DNA of 64,000 nt from Octopus sinensis (GCF_006345805.1 NC_043002.1:11842001-11906000); one strand, 5' to 3'. Positions 39,683-55,640 are shown, counted from the first letter of the stretch. A program made the numbers and translations. Notes: generated from the sequence alone by a model not told the origin.

Positions 39683-40013
39683 GTGAGGGCGTGTGGGTTG
39701 GTGATTAGGGCATTCGACTCACGATCGTAAGGTCATGAGTTCATTTCCCAGTGACGCGTTGTGTCCTTGAGCAAGACACTTTATTTCACGTTGCTCCAGT
39801 CCATACAGCTGGCAAAAATGAGTGTACCTGTATTTCAAAAAGGGTCAGCCTTGTCATACTCTGTGTCATACTGAATCTCCCTGAGAACTACGAACTACGT
39901 TAAGAGTACACGTGTCTGTGGAGTGCTCAGCCACTTGCACGTTAATTTCACGAACAAGCTGTCCTGTTGATCGTATCAGCGAGGACCCACGTCGTGGTAA
40001 CCGACGGAGTGCT
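39683..40013 (+). mobile_element. SINE family C (body Y + tail Q)
   Basis: CORE-like GTGTCCTTGAGCAAGACACTT. The tail ends GTAACCGACGGAGTGCT. Confidence 0.8.
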
Positions 40014-40030
40014 CTCTCTCTTTCTCTCTC

Positions 40031-40065
<35 letters not shown>

Positions 40066-40067
40066 TT

Positions 40068-40279
40068 TTATTCTTTTACTAGTATCAATCATTTGGCTGC
40101 GGCCATGCTGGGGCACTACCTTTTAGTTGAATGAATCAACCCCTAGACATATTCGTTGTAAGCCCGGCACTTATTCTATCGGTGTCTTTTGCCGAACTGC
40201 TAAGTTACAGGGACGTAAACACACCAGCATCGGTTCTCAAGCAAACACAGACACACAAGCATACACACGCACATTCACA

Positions 40280-40312
<33 letters not shown>

Positions 40313-40630
40313 ACACATATATACAACGGCTTCTCTCAGTTCCCGTCTACCAAATCCACTCATGTGGCTTTGGTCGGCCTGAGGTTATAGTAGAAGACAC
40401 TTGTCCAAGGTGCTACGCAGTGGGGGACTGAACCCGGAACCATGTGTTTGGGAAGCAAGCTACTTACCACACCACCACTCCTGCTCAGGCTTCTTTCAGT
40501 ATCCGTCTACCAAATCCATGCATGCAGAAAGCTTTCGTCGCCCCGACGCTATAATATAAAAGTGCCACACAGTGGATCTGAACCCGGAGCCATGTGGTCG
40601 GGGAGCAAGCTTCTTACCACAAAGCCACGT
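40068..40630 (-). mobile_element. SINE family A copy followed by a second 5' half
   Basis: Homology to other SINE A copies. Confidence 0.8.
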
Positions 40631-40639
40631 TTGTGTGCT

Positions 40640-42100
40640 TCTGTTAGTGGTTGGCTGTATGTATGTGTGGTTTTCTTTGGTATGTAGCTGTATGTGGTGA
40701 TGCGTATGTGTGTTTTTTTTTCTGTGAGTATATATAATTATGTGCGTATATGTGTGCCTATGGTTATGTATGTGTAATCCAGTTACGTGTATGCGCTAGC
40801 TTTATTTATGTACGGGTGTGTGTAGTTGTATGTATGTATGTATGTATGTATGTGTATATATATATAATTACGGTATGTATGTATGTGTATATATAATTAC
40901 GGTTCTATATGTGATTCTGTTTGTGGCCATACCGTGTTACGTGTGTGTGTATTTTCTGGGTAGGTGTGTTATATGTGGGTGTGTAGAGTCGTGGTTATAT
41001 CTGTGTGATTGTGTGTATATCCAAGTGTGTGTTTGTCGCTTATTTCTAACACTTTAATGTTTAATGTGAAAGTGTGTGTTAGACAGTGTGTGTATATAAT
41101 TGTGCTTATGCATGTTTAGCTGGATCTATTTATGTGTATGTGTGTATGTGTGTGTGTTTGTGTTTGTAGTTATGTATATAAGTGTGTATCTGTTTATGTT
41201 TGTGTGTATGGTATAGTGAATACGTGTGTATGATTATGTGTGTTTATGCATGGTTGTATGATTGTATGTATATGTGTGTATATGGTTGCATGTGTTTGTA
41301 CCTGTATGGCTGGTTGTGTGCAACTGTGTATGATTATGATGATGCTGTGTGTGTGTGATTGTGAGTGCGGCAATGTGGGTGTGAGGAGCATAGTATGTGG
41401 TGGTGTGTAGTATGTATATATGTATGTAGGCGTATGCATGTGTGTGTTTGTGTATATACATGTATGTGAGGCTGTGTGTGTAGCTGTATGCGTGTGTAGG
41501 TGTATAAGAGTGTGTGTACCTATGCAGGTGTAAATGAGTGTGTGTATGTATGTAGGTCTATGCATGTGTTTTGAAACTTGCGTATGTACGTACATGTGCA
41601 TGCGAATGTTTAAGCGGGTTTACGTGTGTGTATGTGTGCTTCCCAGCACGCCTCTATGTGTCTGTATGTGTGCGTGTGTCAGGTTGTATGAAGGCGTATT
41701 TGTGAGAGACAATGCACGATGTTTATGTGTGCGTAGGAGTATGCAAATGTGACTTTTCGGTCGTGCAACAGAGCATGTGGCAATAGGAATGCACGTGGAT
41801 GTGCGTGTGTGTTCGTGTAAAGTACTGTGCTTGCGCTTGGGGGGGGGGGTGTATTCATGTGCTTGTGCATGTTTGTGTATAGGTTAATGTACGCGTGTGT
41901 ATATGCATGTGTGTGTATCAGTGTGTTTGCAAGTTCATATGTTATCACTGAATGTTGAGGTGTCAGATGCAGTGATATCGAATGAATTTTGTACACACGT
42001 GCTCACTCATGTACAGATTTATATTAAGAAGCACACACAGAAATGCATAACATAGCAATTAGTGTATATGTATAAAGATATACAATGTACATTATATATT
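40640..42100. repeat. Long degenerate TG/TATG-rich low-complexity tract
   Basis: Directly visible. Confidence 0.9.
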
Positions 42101-42544
42101 CCATAGATATATTTTGCATGTGTGTATAAAGGGCTACAAATAGAAAAATGGCGCCTATACCTATCATTGTGTCATTTTATGCTAAAATATGTCTATAAAT
42201 GATGGATGGAACACAAAAGGATTATGGTAAGCGAGTAAACATAGATGGGGAAGACCCAGTTCAAAACGGTGTCAGTTCGTGTGTAGGTTTTGTGGCCGAG
42301 CAATAAGCTCACCGAAAGTTTGCGAGCGCAATCCCCATTGAAGGAGGTCGTTAATTAACAGCAGAAGGATACTTAGGAGTCATTGCATAGGAGGGCTCGG
42401 CTCTGTTAGAGTGTCAGGAAAGGACCGGCCGAAACACATATCGGACAAATGTTCTTCTGAAGATTTCTACTGTCTGCTCGACCTCTAGCAATTTCCCACA
42501 CATGAATGCATATATATGTGTGTGTATGTGTGTGTGTGTGTAAC

Positions 42545-42588
<44 letters not shown>

Positions 42589-42635
42589 AAATATATATGC
42601 TTATATATAAGTATATATGTATATATGTATATAGT

Positions 42636-42714
<79 letters not shown>

Positions 42715-42715
<1 letters not shown>

Positions 42716-43033
42716 AAGGAAATGAAGAAAATGCTGACAAATAATTTAAGTAAGGGAGAGTGTATTTAATTAGGTAAAAGTTCTTTTACCGGTTGCGCAT
42801 TTGTTATGCTTATCAAAAAGATATTTTTAAGAGAGATAGAGTTCCTTTCTGAAGAATTTTTTTCTCTTATAAGTGATAAGAGAAAAAAATCTATCAGAAA
42901 GGAACTCTATCGCCTTTAAAAAATATCTTTTGATAAGCATAACAAATGCGCAACCGGTAAAAAGAACTTTCACCTAATTAAATACACTCTCCCTTACTTA
43001 AATTATTTTGTCAGCATTTTCTTCATTTCCTTT
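42715..43033. repeat. ~320-bp near-perfect palindrome between (TA)n tracts
   Basis: Arms 42715-42870 and 42876-43033 flank a 5-nt AAGTG spacer. Confidence 0.9.
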
Positions 43034-43071
43034 TTTTATATATCACAACTCGTGTTCCACATCTCCTTTTT

Positions 43072-43105
<34 letters not shown>

Positions 43106-43221
43106 GGCACAGGAGTAGCAAGAACAAAATTTAATGTAAGAATTACCACTTTTGTTTACATTACCATCACAGATGTATCAATTATTTTCCCATCCTTACC
43201 GATGCATCTATCAATATTCGC

Positions 43222-43272
43222 GCATTCTGAAGAGATTTACTTAAACCAGTAAATTGAAACGATCGTAAATGC
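43222..43272 (+). ncRNA. Minimal type I hammerhead ribozyme motif, intact core (51 nt)
   Basis: GCATT-CTGAAGA-GATTTACT taaacc AGTAAATT-GAAAC-GATC-GTA-AATGC. Stem I has 5 bp, stem II has 8 bp, helix III is the ACGATCGT palindrome and the triplet is GUA. Confidence 0.85.
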
Positions 43273-44334
43273 TACCTTTATCCCTGCTTCTTCCTTCTTT
43301 GTTATTTCATTAATTAAAGACATACCAGCTAAAACCGCGAGCTTCCCAATGTTATAACAATGTTCTTCTATATAACCTGAAATTCGTTTACCAACCAAAC
43401 CACCTGCGACCGCACAACCTTACAAAAGACTGTACCTACCCAGGTAATAACCAGGAGCTACTTTGGATTTAATTATCCCGAAGAGGTATTAAACCCCTCT
43501 AACTGATACCTATACCATATATATATATATATATATATATGACTAAGCACTCTCACACGAGCGCGGACATGGAAGCGGGATAGAATCAGTTGGAAATGAA
43601 AATGATGAAAAGTGCATTGTGACAAGTGATGTAAACCTGCATACGATAGTCTGGTCGATCACGTGATCACATAAGATCCAAGGTTTGAATTTACGCTGGA
43701 GAAGAAAAAATGTGCTCAATAATATCCAAGCACTGAGTAAATATCTGATGTCGTTTTGGAGTTATTCCTTCTTAAACACTGCGAGACACGAAAATCTCTG
43801 ATCACATGACCGGTTTCTAGTATTTAAGAAACGGTTGGTAGCATAATAAATGAGTAACTATAATCATAGTGGAAAATATTAAATATTGTACATGGATGTA
43901 TGTTTATATGTTTTGAAGAACTTATAAGACATACATACGCACACAGGTATGTGCACACACACATGCATACACACACTCACACATGCACACACATAGGTCC
44001 AACGAATGTCCAAACGTACATTTAAACATATGCGTATATAGCTGTTGAAAATCACACACAGAGAGTCACGCATGCGCATACAAACACGGGTGCGCGTACA
44101 CATGCACACACACTCTCTCACTGTCTCTCTCTCTCACTGTCTCTCTCTCTGTTTCTCTTTGTCTCTCTCACACATCACACATTGACATTTACTTATCTGC
44201 TTTTCGTAAAATTGAGATGCTGTCCATTTCCTGTAATTCAGAAGATATTTCTATATATCTATTTATCTATACATTGTGGCTGTATATAATCTGTCAGTTC
44301 GTCTATCTTTCTTTCTCTATAAGTTCCACCACCT

Positions 44335-44610
44335 ACACAAACACCACCACCACCAGCACCAGCACCAGAACCAGCACCAGAACCACCAGCACCAGCACCA
44401 CCACCACAACCACCACCACCGCCGCCACCACCACCACCACCACCACCACCAGCACCACCAGCACCAGCACCACCACCAGCACCAGCAACAGCACCAGCAC
44501 CAGCACCACCACCACCAGCACCACCGCCACCACCACCAACACCAGTACAACCACCACCACCATCATCTCCACCACCACCACCACCACCGCCACCACCACC
44601 AGAACAACCC
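44335..44610. repeat. (ACC)n/(AGCACC)n microsatellite
   Basis: Directly visible. Confidence 0.95.
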
Positions 44611-45364
44611 TTTCTTTACATATCTATCAATCTCTATTCTAATTATCACCATGTCTGCCTATCAGCCTCTTCAACACAATGCTACTTATCTTCACATACA
44701 CACACATATGTGAACGTATACTTGCATATAGGTATGTACGCATGTATGCGTGTGTATGTATATATAGATGAACGTATATAAGTATGGATGTTTATGCGTT
44801 TGCGTGCTGTGTATGTCTAGCTACTTATCTAAATACATGTCTATCGATCATTTAATCTATTCTTAATCAATAACCACTTGTCCGTACCTTCATCTACTCC
44901 TGGTTAAACATTATAGGCCAAGGCATGGATATGTATTTAGAAGGTCAATTTACAACCGAGTGGTTTCTCGTTCAATCCTATTGCGAGTAAGTACCTTCTA
45001 CTATAGTTCCGGGCCGATCAATGCTCTGTGAGTCGATTGATAGACGGAAACTGTGTGGAAGACCGTCCGATAATATATATGTTTATTCTGTTTATTGTTT
45101 TGTCCCTCGTCAGTCCACTAACGGTCTCCTCTCGAGCCCGTCTCCTTTTGTTATGTTCTGGCCCCATTCATGGGAAATTTCTTGCCGGTTTCTCCAGAGT
45201 GGAAGCAATAATATTGATAATGGCCAAAATTGTACTCGACCAGCCCCCTATTCCCCCCCCCCTCTCTTCTCTCTCTCTCTATCTATATATATATATATAT
45301 ATATAGGCATGTCAACTTTTCCGTTTGTTGTCTTTTTATTTAATCTTGAAAATATATGTGCAAC

Positions 45365-45400
<36 letters not shown>

Positions 45401-45402
<2 letters not shown>

Positions 45403-45800
45403 CGCAGGAGTTGCTGTGTGGTAAGTAACTTGCTTACCAACCACATGGTTCCGAATTTAGTCCCACTGCGGGGAACCTTGGGAAATTGTCTTCTACTATT
45501 GCCTCGGGCCGTCCAAAACCTTACGAGTGGATTTGGTAGAAGGAAACTGGAAGAATCCCGTCTTATATATGTGTGTGTGTGCGCGCGTGTGTGTGTGCGT
45601 CTATGTTTGTCCTTCCACCATGGCTTGACAACTGATGTTGGTGTGTTTACGTCCCGGTAACTTAGCAGTTCAGCAAAACAGTTCGATAGAATAAGTAACA
45701 GGCTTACAAAGAATAAGTTCTAGGGTCGATTCGTTCGACTAAAAGACGGAGCTCCAGCATGGCCGCAGTCAAATGACTGAAATAGATAAAAGAATAAAAG
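45401..45800 (+). mobile_element. SINE family A, full length
   Basis: Starts GGCGCAGGAGTTGCTGTGTGG directly after (TA)n. Confidence 0.85.
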
Positions 45801-45849
45801 CATATGCATATGTAGCCGCAAGTGGACTGTAGGCGATTTTCCTTACTTT

Positions 45850-45888
45850 GAATATCTGAGGAAGAGCTATGCTCGAAACGTTAAGAAC
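45850..45888 (+). ncRNA. Hammerhead core with extra A; stem I decayed
   Basis: CTGAGGA-A-GAGC tat GCTC-GAAAC-GTT. Confidence 0.5.
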
Positions 45889-46604
45889 CAATCTACCTTC
45901 ATCGAACGTCTAATTAATATATTTCCTCGCATTCGTTTTTTCTTTTTTTCTGTTTCCTCTATTTTTTTTCAATTGTTTGTTTTGTTTGATTAACTATATA
46001 TCTATATGTTGTGTGTTTATGTATATATATATATATAAATATATATATAGATTATATTAATATATATTATATATATATATAAATATACATGCATACATGT
46101 GCCTGTATCTGTATATTTGCTTACGTAATTGTGAATATGTATATAAACAAACATTTTTATGCACACGAATATAATAATATATATATATAATATATATATA
46201 TATATATTATAATATTATATATAATATATATATAATATGTATGTATGTATGTATGTATGGTATTTATATGTGTGTGTGTCTTGTCACTCCACCATTGACG
46301 ACCGCCGTCGGTTTCCGTACATTTCAGTAACTTATCAGATCAGTAGAAGCGATTGAAATGGTAACTATAATGCCTAAGTACTGGAGTCGAATTCATCGAC
46401 AAATACCCTTGAAGGCGATGTCACAGCATGGTCGCGGCCAAATAAATGATATTAATATTAAAAGTAACGTAAAATATAGTACATAGGCGCGACCAGGCCA
46501 TCTGAACATTAATTTCTTCCCAGTGTGATAAGAAAACGCAAAATGATTGGTGAAACTGTCACAGGCATTTTAAGAAATCGATAATGAAATTTGGATTGGG
46601 CTGT

Positions 46605-46973
46605 CTCTTTTACTCTCTTTTATTTGTTTCAGTCATTTGACTGTGGCCATGCTGGAGCACCGCCTTTCGTCGAGCACATCGACCCCAGTATTTATTCTTT
46701 GTAAGCGTAGTACTTATCTATTCGTCTCTTTTTGCCGAACCACTAAGTTACAGGGATGTAAACACACCAGCATCGGTTGTCAAGCGATGTTGGGGGGACA
46801 AACGCAGACACACAAACATATACACATACATATATATATAAACATATTTACGATGGGCTTCTTTCAGTTTCCGTCTCACAAGGATTTGGTTGGTCTGAGG
46901 CTATAGTAGAAGACTGATCCCGGAACCATATGGTTGATAAGCAAGCTACTTACCACACGGCCACACCTGCGCC
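46605..46973 (-). mobile_element. SINE family A between two ~280-bp direct repeats
   Basis: Homology to other SINE A copies. The flanking repeats are 46318-46599 and 46982-47262. Confidence 0.85.
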
Positions 46974-47296
46974 TGTTTCTTTACATTTCAATAACTTATC
47001 AGATCAGCAGAAGAGACTGAAAGGGTAACTATGACGCCTCAGTACTGGAGCCGAATTGATCAACAAATAATCTTGAAGGCGATCTCCCAGCATGGCCGTA
47101 GTCAAATGTATTCTATGATTTAAAAAATAACGTAAAATATATTACTGAGGGGCGACCAGGTCATCTGAACATCAGTTTATTCCCAGTGTGATAAGAAAAC
47201 ACAAAATGATTGGTGAAACTGTCACATGCATTTTAAGAAATCGATAGTGAAATTTGGATTGGAATGTGTTTGAAATCAATCAACAAGATCGAATTG

Positions 47297-47335
47297 ATTC
47301 ACTGAAGATAAGTGACTCCTCGGAAAAATCTGAAT
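47297..47335 (+). ncRNA. Decayed minimal hammerhead motif
   Basis: ATTCA-CTGAAGA-(14 nt)-GAAAA-ATC-TGAAT. Stem I has 5 bp; stems II and III are decayed. Confidence 0.4.
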
Positions 47336-47780
47336 GATACAGGTTCTTGAAGCTCACTACATGAACCGTATGGCGTATGGGAAAGACCTGTGTGGTAACG
47401 GAATGCATGCCGTGTTGAATGAAGAGAAAATGAAGGTCGTAAATATGGAACTTAAAACTAATAGACTGTAGATAAAGAGATATATTTTACTGTTAACTGA
47501 ACCCTTCAAATAGGATGTGGGAGACACTATAGACCATCCAAACTCATAAGCCATTAGCAAGATTCAGTTTGCAAAAATATGAACAGAGTTATGAGAGATC
47601 AGAGTAGTAGAGTGGTCAGGAATTATTAAGCTGGAAGGTTTGTGGCATTATATTTTGTCCGAAAGATTTTACGTCATGTAAATATTGGATTATGCTTTTG
47701 TTTAACACCTGTTTCTATATGTATGTATATATATATATATATATATATCTATATATATATATATATTATATATATATATA

Positions 47781-47812
<32 letters not shown>

Positions 47813-47918
47813 TGTATGTATAGATAAATAGATAGTTAGATAAAAGTTACTTGGAAAAGGCTGCGTGGCATCGATGATATAATAGTATATATATATAATA
47901 TATATATATATATATAAT

Positions 47919-47949
<31 letters not shown>

Positions 47950-48060
47950 GCTCGTAATCAAATCACTCAGTGTCGACAAAACATGTACCACTCGATCCGT
48001 GGTCGATGTAATCGATTAACTTGTCCTCTAAAATTTCAGACATTGTGCCTAAAGTAGAAA

Positions 48061-49212
48061 GGAGTGGTCAATCTATTCCAGCGTCCTCTGAGTGGCGGAT
48101 TAGGTATGCCGTGGCTCCTAATGCACAGACACGCTCTTACTTTACGCCACCTGCAACGATTTCGGGACGGTGAGCATGTGTGGGCTTCGTCTTTCTGCAG
48201 CTCGTTTCCTTGAAGGAGCTGCAGTCCTGGGGGAAGAAGAGACCGAGACTGGGCACCTGGAACCTAGAATGTCGTCAGGCTCTCACAGCCCTCTACCAGT
48301 TGGGCAATGGGATCGGTAGATGCTCCGTTTTAGAAATTCATAGCAGTTCTGTGGCAGGGAAGTGCGATGACGTTCTCTGTGAGACTCTGGGCGCCGACTA
48401 GAATGAACTGGCAAGTCTGTTTCGGAGGACTTTCCGGTCGGGAATTATCACGGATAATTTCCAGATGTCCTTGGCCTGGCAGTGCTACCGGGGATGGGGG
48501 GGCTACCGGTTCGAGATAAACTCTACAGGTACGGATGTACTGTGAAGAATCCCACAGTGTGGCGAAACCGTTCTGCACTCCCTCGTTCAGTGTCCGGGCA
48601 CTGCTGACTTGTGGGGCTATGTCGAACAGCTGTTGTCACCTGTGGGACGGATCCGCCCTCCTTCAATCGGGCAGGCAACGCAGTTTTCCTTTGCCTGGTG
48701 GCTGTGGCGAAAGAGGTTGTTTGGTGGTCAAGGCTAAAAGGCAAGAAGACACATACATTCCTGTTTGGTTGAGCTCTCATTGACTTCTTCAAGTTTCGCT
48801 TGAAAAGGAAAATGAGAGTAGAGAGGGAAGTGCTGTCCTCAAGTGAGTTTACTGAAAGTTGGGTGAAAGTTGCGAAAATGGCAAGAGTGGATAATTTCTC
48901 TCTAAGTGTAGACCTGTGAGTCAGAGAGAAGGAATTGGAGAGGGCACTTGCTCTTGGAGTTTCAGGGAAATCTCGGACATTGGGGTTCCTCGATTATCCC
49001 TAGAGACGTCCCTGTATCAGGAAGGACACATCTCTATCATCCTCTCTGCCACTTTTCTTTAGGCCTTTGTATGCTATGCATATGTCCCTTCTTTTTCATT
49101 GTATACCTTGTATAATTTCTTTCTTTTTTATCATTTCATTATATGTACACCCCAATACTTTATTTATGTTTTTGTACTGTTCCCCTTAACTTTCGCCCTT
49201 GTGACAAATAAG
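48061..49212 (+). pseudogene. L1/Tx1-clade LINE 3' end (ORF2 C-terminus and 3' UTR)
   Basis: QRPLSGGLGMPWLLMHRHALTLRHL, SLAWQCYRG, VRDKLYRYG, CGETVLHSLVQCP (CCHC zf-RVT-like), VAKEVVWWSRLKG and FFKFRLKRKMRVERE...SVDL*. A 3' UTR follows to ~49212. Confidence 0.8.
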
Positions 49213-49279
49213 TGAAATCATCATCATCATCGTCATTATTATCAGCAGCATCATAATCATCAACCTTCTTCTTTTGTTA

Positions 49280-49324
<45 letters not shown>

Positions 49325-49399
49325 GTAGTAGTAGTAGTTAGTAGTAGTAGTAGTAGTAGAAGTATTAGTAGTAGTAGTTGTAGTAGTAGTAGTAGCAGC

Positions 49400-50477
49400 A
49401 TATGTTTGACTTTTGCTTTGTATTTGTGCAAGTTGGCTCCAAGTCTCAGCCAGAGACCTGAAGAGACAAGTTAGAAGTTCATGTTGGTGTTATGCTTAGG
49501 GTGTCATATATTTGGCTTTGTACAAAGTATTGTTCTAGAGAATGTTTAACAAAACATCAGAAAATTATGAGTTTGTTTTAAAATTTGAGTTTACGTAGAC
49601 AGTAATTTACGTGGGATATGGGCAGTTCCCATGAGCACTAGCTTTTGAATTTCTGCCAATTTGGGGTTTCCTGGTACCTGAGCCAGGTATTAATCAGCCC
49701 CTTTGTCTGTCATTCCTATGACAACAGGTTTTGTTTTAGTCTTGAGGTTCCACATTTTGCCAATTTCCTCAGTTTTTGGTAGGTCTTGACGGATACATTT
49801 ATGTCGATTGGGACATTTATATCAATGAGGAGGCATGATTTTTATCTGAAGTCCTTCAATATAATGTCTGGCCTATTTTCATCTATCTTTCTGCCAGAGG
49901 AGTGAGATGTGATCATTTTCAAGCACTGGAGGTGGTTTGTGTTCCCACCAGTTTTTATCATGGGGTAGGTCTAAGGTTTTGTAAATCACCCAGTGATATC
50001 AGTAAGAATATCTAAGGCAGTTTTAGCACGGGTTTTCATACGCTTAGCCTTTTCTGTACTTGCTTCCAGTACTTCTAATTCTGGAATTTGTTGTATTTGG
50101 AATTCACTTAGATATTCCTGTGCCTGTTTTGGTACTGAGTATGATGCTTTCTTGTTTTCAAGCTTTAAGAAAGTTTTAACATCTATTCATCGGAGATTTT
50201 CAGGTAGGAGTTTAGGCCAATTATGGCAATCTTCATTGTTAATTCCAACTGCAAAAGTCCACTGCCACCATATTTTCTTGGCAGGTAAAGTCGTTCTATA
50301 TCTGCGTTACGATGTTGCATTATATGCATTATCAACAATTTTCACATTTTACTGTCAAGATTACATATTTCAGTAATTGATCAGTTAATGATTTTGAAAA
50401 TGTAATTACGACTGGTATGCTTGAAGTATTGATCGCTTGGATCCTGTTTCTTGCTTCCAACTCTGCGATAATATTCT
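49400..50477 (-). pseudogene. R4/Dong LINE 3' portion with internal deletions
   Basis: NRIQAINT..IPVV, ADIERLYLPRKYGGSGLLQL, WEHKPPPVLENDHISLLW and NRPDIILKD...LLIDINVPID (PD-(D/E)xK restriction-like endonuclease). The 3' UTR matches 62100-62283. Confidence 0.85.
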
Positions 50478-50507
50478 ATTATTATTATTATTATTATTGT
50501 AATTATT

Positions 50508-50547
<40 letters not shown>

Positions 50548-50574
50548 CATCATTCATTATCATCATTATTATTA

Positions 50575-50627
<53 letters not shown>

Positions 50628-50640
50628 TATTATTATATTA

Positions 50641-50845
50641 AGTCGGCGAACTAGCAGAACCGTTAGCACGCCGGGCAAAATACCTATAGGCATTTCATCC
50701 GTTCTGAGTTCAAATTCCGCTGAGGTAGACTTTGCCTTTCATCCTTTCGAGGTCGATAAATTAAGTACCAGTGAAGCACCGGGGTCCATGTAATCGACTA
50801 ATCCTCTCTTGCAAAATGTCAGGCCTTGTGCCTATATTAGAAAGG

Positions 50846-50902
<57 letters not shown>

Positions 50903-51340
50903 GCAGCTAGGTACCAGAATTGTTACTCAGCCGGCCAAAAGCTAAGCGGCATTTTCCCGGACTATACATTGTGAATTCAAATGCCGTCGTGCTCGACTTT
51001 GCCTTTCACCCTTTCAGTGTCGATAAAATAAGAATCAGTCAAACCCTGAGGTCATTGTAATCGGAGTGGTCCCTCCCCACAATCCCACAAATTCCGGGCT
51101 TGTGCCTACAGTAGAAGCAATTATTAGTATTAAGCGATGAGCCAACAGTGTCTTTAGCCACTCCGGACAATATGCTCAGCGGCATTTCGTATGTATTGAT
51201 ATTCTGAGTTTATATTCCGAGATAGATTTAGCCTTCCATTTTTCCGTTTCGGAAGAATAGGTAACAACTAAGTACAAGGGGGTCGATCTATTCGACTAAC
51301 CCCAAATTGCTGGCCTTGTGCTAAAACCAGACAGGATTAT
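50641..51340 (+). mobile_element. SINE B copies embedded in (ATT)n tracts
   Basis: 50641-50826 is near-complete; the copies after it are degenerate. Confidence 0.75.
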
Positions 51341-51359
51341 TACTACATTTAAAAGCAGT

Positions 51360-51728
51360 ATGGTTCCGGGTTCAGTCCCACTGCGTGGCATCTTGGGCAA
51401 GTGTCTTCTGCTATAGCCCCGGGCCGACCAATGCCTTGTGAGTGGATTTGGTAGACAGAAACTGAAAGAAGCCTGTCGTATATATGTATATATATATGTG
51501 TGTGTGTGTATGTGTTTGTGTGTCTGTGTTTGTCCCCCTACCATTGCTTGACAACCGATGCTGGTGTGTTTATGTCCCCGTCACTTAGCGGTTCGGCAAA
51601 AGAGACCGATAGAATAAGTACTGGGCTTACAAAGAATAAGTCCCGGGGTCGATTTGCTCGACTAAAGGCGGTGCTCCAGCACGGCCGCAGTCAAATGACT
51701 GAAACAAGTAAAAAGAGTAAAGAGTAAA
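51360..51728 (+). mobile_element. SINE family A, 5'-truncated, near-consensus
   Basis: Homology to other SINE A copies. Confidence 0.9.
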
Positions 51729-51939
51729 GGGAGAGTATTTTCCTTTAAAATGGTTGCTGGTACGCCTCTCCACCCATCCGTTGCCCTTTGTGTCTCTAAA
51801 TACCTCCAAGCAAAACGACGTAGCCATTGTACATTTTTCTGACTATGTCGAATACAATTTAATTTATTCCATCTTCTACAATTTCTCGTTATCGCCATCT
51901 TGATTTCAATCTGTCATGCTTAGATTTCTATTCCTTTCG

Positions 51940-54110
<2,171 letters not shown>

Positions 54111-54981
54111 CTAATTCCAAAATGGAATATTTTTCAGGTACAATATCATGAGTGTATGTGTGTATGAACAGCAGCAATAGTAGTAGTAGTAGTAGTATTA
54201 GTATTAGTAGTAGTAGTAGTGGAAGATAAAAATTTTTTTATGCTGTTACAGATTTTTCCAGTGAAGTCTCATATCACCTCTTTATCTATACACTCGTCAA
54301 TAGTCACAGATCGAAATAGATACGGACGGTGGTGGCGACGACGATGATGGTGGTGGCGGGGGTGTGGGGGTATGTGCAGCATATAGTTAGTGAAAAAAAC
54401 AAACGAAAATATACATTAATTAAGAAGAACCGATCGAATAATTCAGTGAAAGAAAAAGAAGAAAAAAAAAGATATAAAAGAATAAAAAGAAACTAAGATT
54501 TTCTTTTTTTTTTTTTGCCTTTTTGAATAAAAAAAAAATTAAGAAAATAATGAAGTATCAGGAATTTATTTTTTTTATGTATAAATGTTTTATTCTTGCA
54601 TGAAATATTATAGAATTCCATGCATTATTCCTTAACCATCTTTGAAACAAATAATAGAGGGAACACAATCAAAGCTGGATCTTTTAAAATATCGTATTTT
54701 AAATGAAAAATCCTGGAAGTACATTACAACAAAATATGATATGTAATTAATGGTATGTAATATGTAATAGGCATCAGACATCATCAACTGTTTCATAATT
54801 CTTTTAGATGTTATATTTTCAGGAGTTTACTGATGATTAGCTGTGGCTCACCTCTGACGGAGCAAATCTCATGCACAGTCATTCTTGCCCTGATTATCTT
54901 ATCAAGGAGTAGGCTTTATTAATCTTCATTATTCTATGCGCATTTTAGATGATGGACGAAATACGCGCGCCCTACACACAC

Positions 54982-55370
54982 TGGATGGAAGCACTCCGTC
55001 GGTTACGACGACGAGGGTTCCGGTTGATCCGATCAACGGAACAGCCTGCCCGTGAAATTAACGTGTAAGTGGCTGAGCACTCCACAGACACGTGTACCCT
55101 TAACGTAGTTCTCGGGGATATTCAGCGTGACACAGAGAGTGACAAGGCCGGCCCTTTGAAATACAGGTACAACAGAAACAGGAAGTAAGAGTGAGAGAAA
55201 GTTCTGATGAAAGAGTACAGCAGGGTTCCCCACCATCCCCTGCCGGAGCCTCGTGGAGCTTTTAGGTGCTTTTGCTCAATAAACACTGAGAACGCCCGGT
55301 CTGGGAATCGAAACCGCGATCCTACGACCGCGAGTCCGCTGCCCTAACCACTGGGCCATTGCGCCTCCAC
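54982..55370 (-). mobile_element. SINE family C (body X + tail Q) with ~11-bp TSD
   Basis: A box TGGCCCAGTGG, B box GGTTTCGATTCCC. CCTA(C/G)ACACAC is present on both flanks. Confidence 0.9.
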
Positions 55371-55640
55371 CCTAGACACACACGCATACACACAAATATA
55401 TATTTCCACAAGAGCGTCAACCTGAAAGACGCAAAAATTTCCAAACAAACACATCAATATAGTCCTTATCGACTTGCAGCATAACCAGCCCAGTGGACAA
55501 GTCTCGGTACAAATGGAAATAACTGTTAACTTAAACCCCTACCCGTCTAATTTCATCAACTTTTCACAGCAAATGCAGACCGGATGTATCGATTCACCGC
55601 CAACAATGGAGAGCAGTCGCCGTATTTCATTCCTTATCGG

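Noticed and set aside
47270-47600. Possible LINE RT-like peptide fragments
   Set aside because: No diagnostic motif was recognised in any frame.
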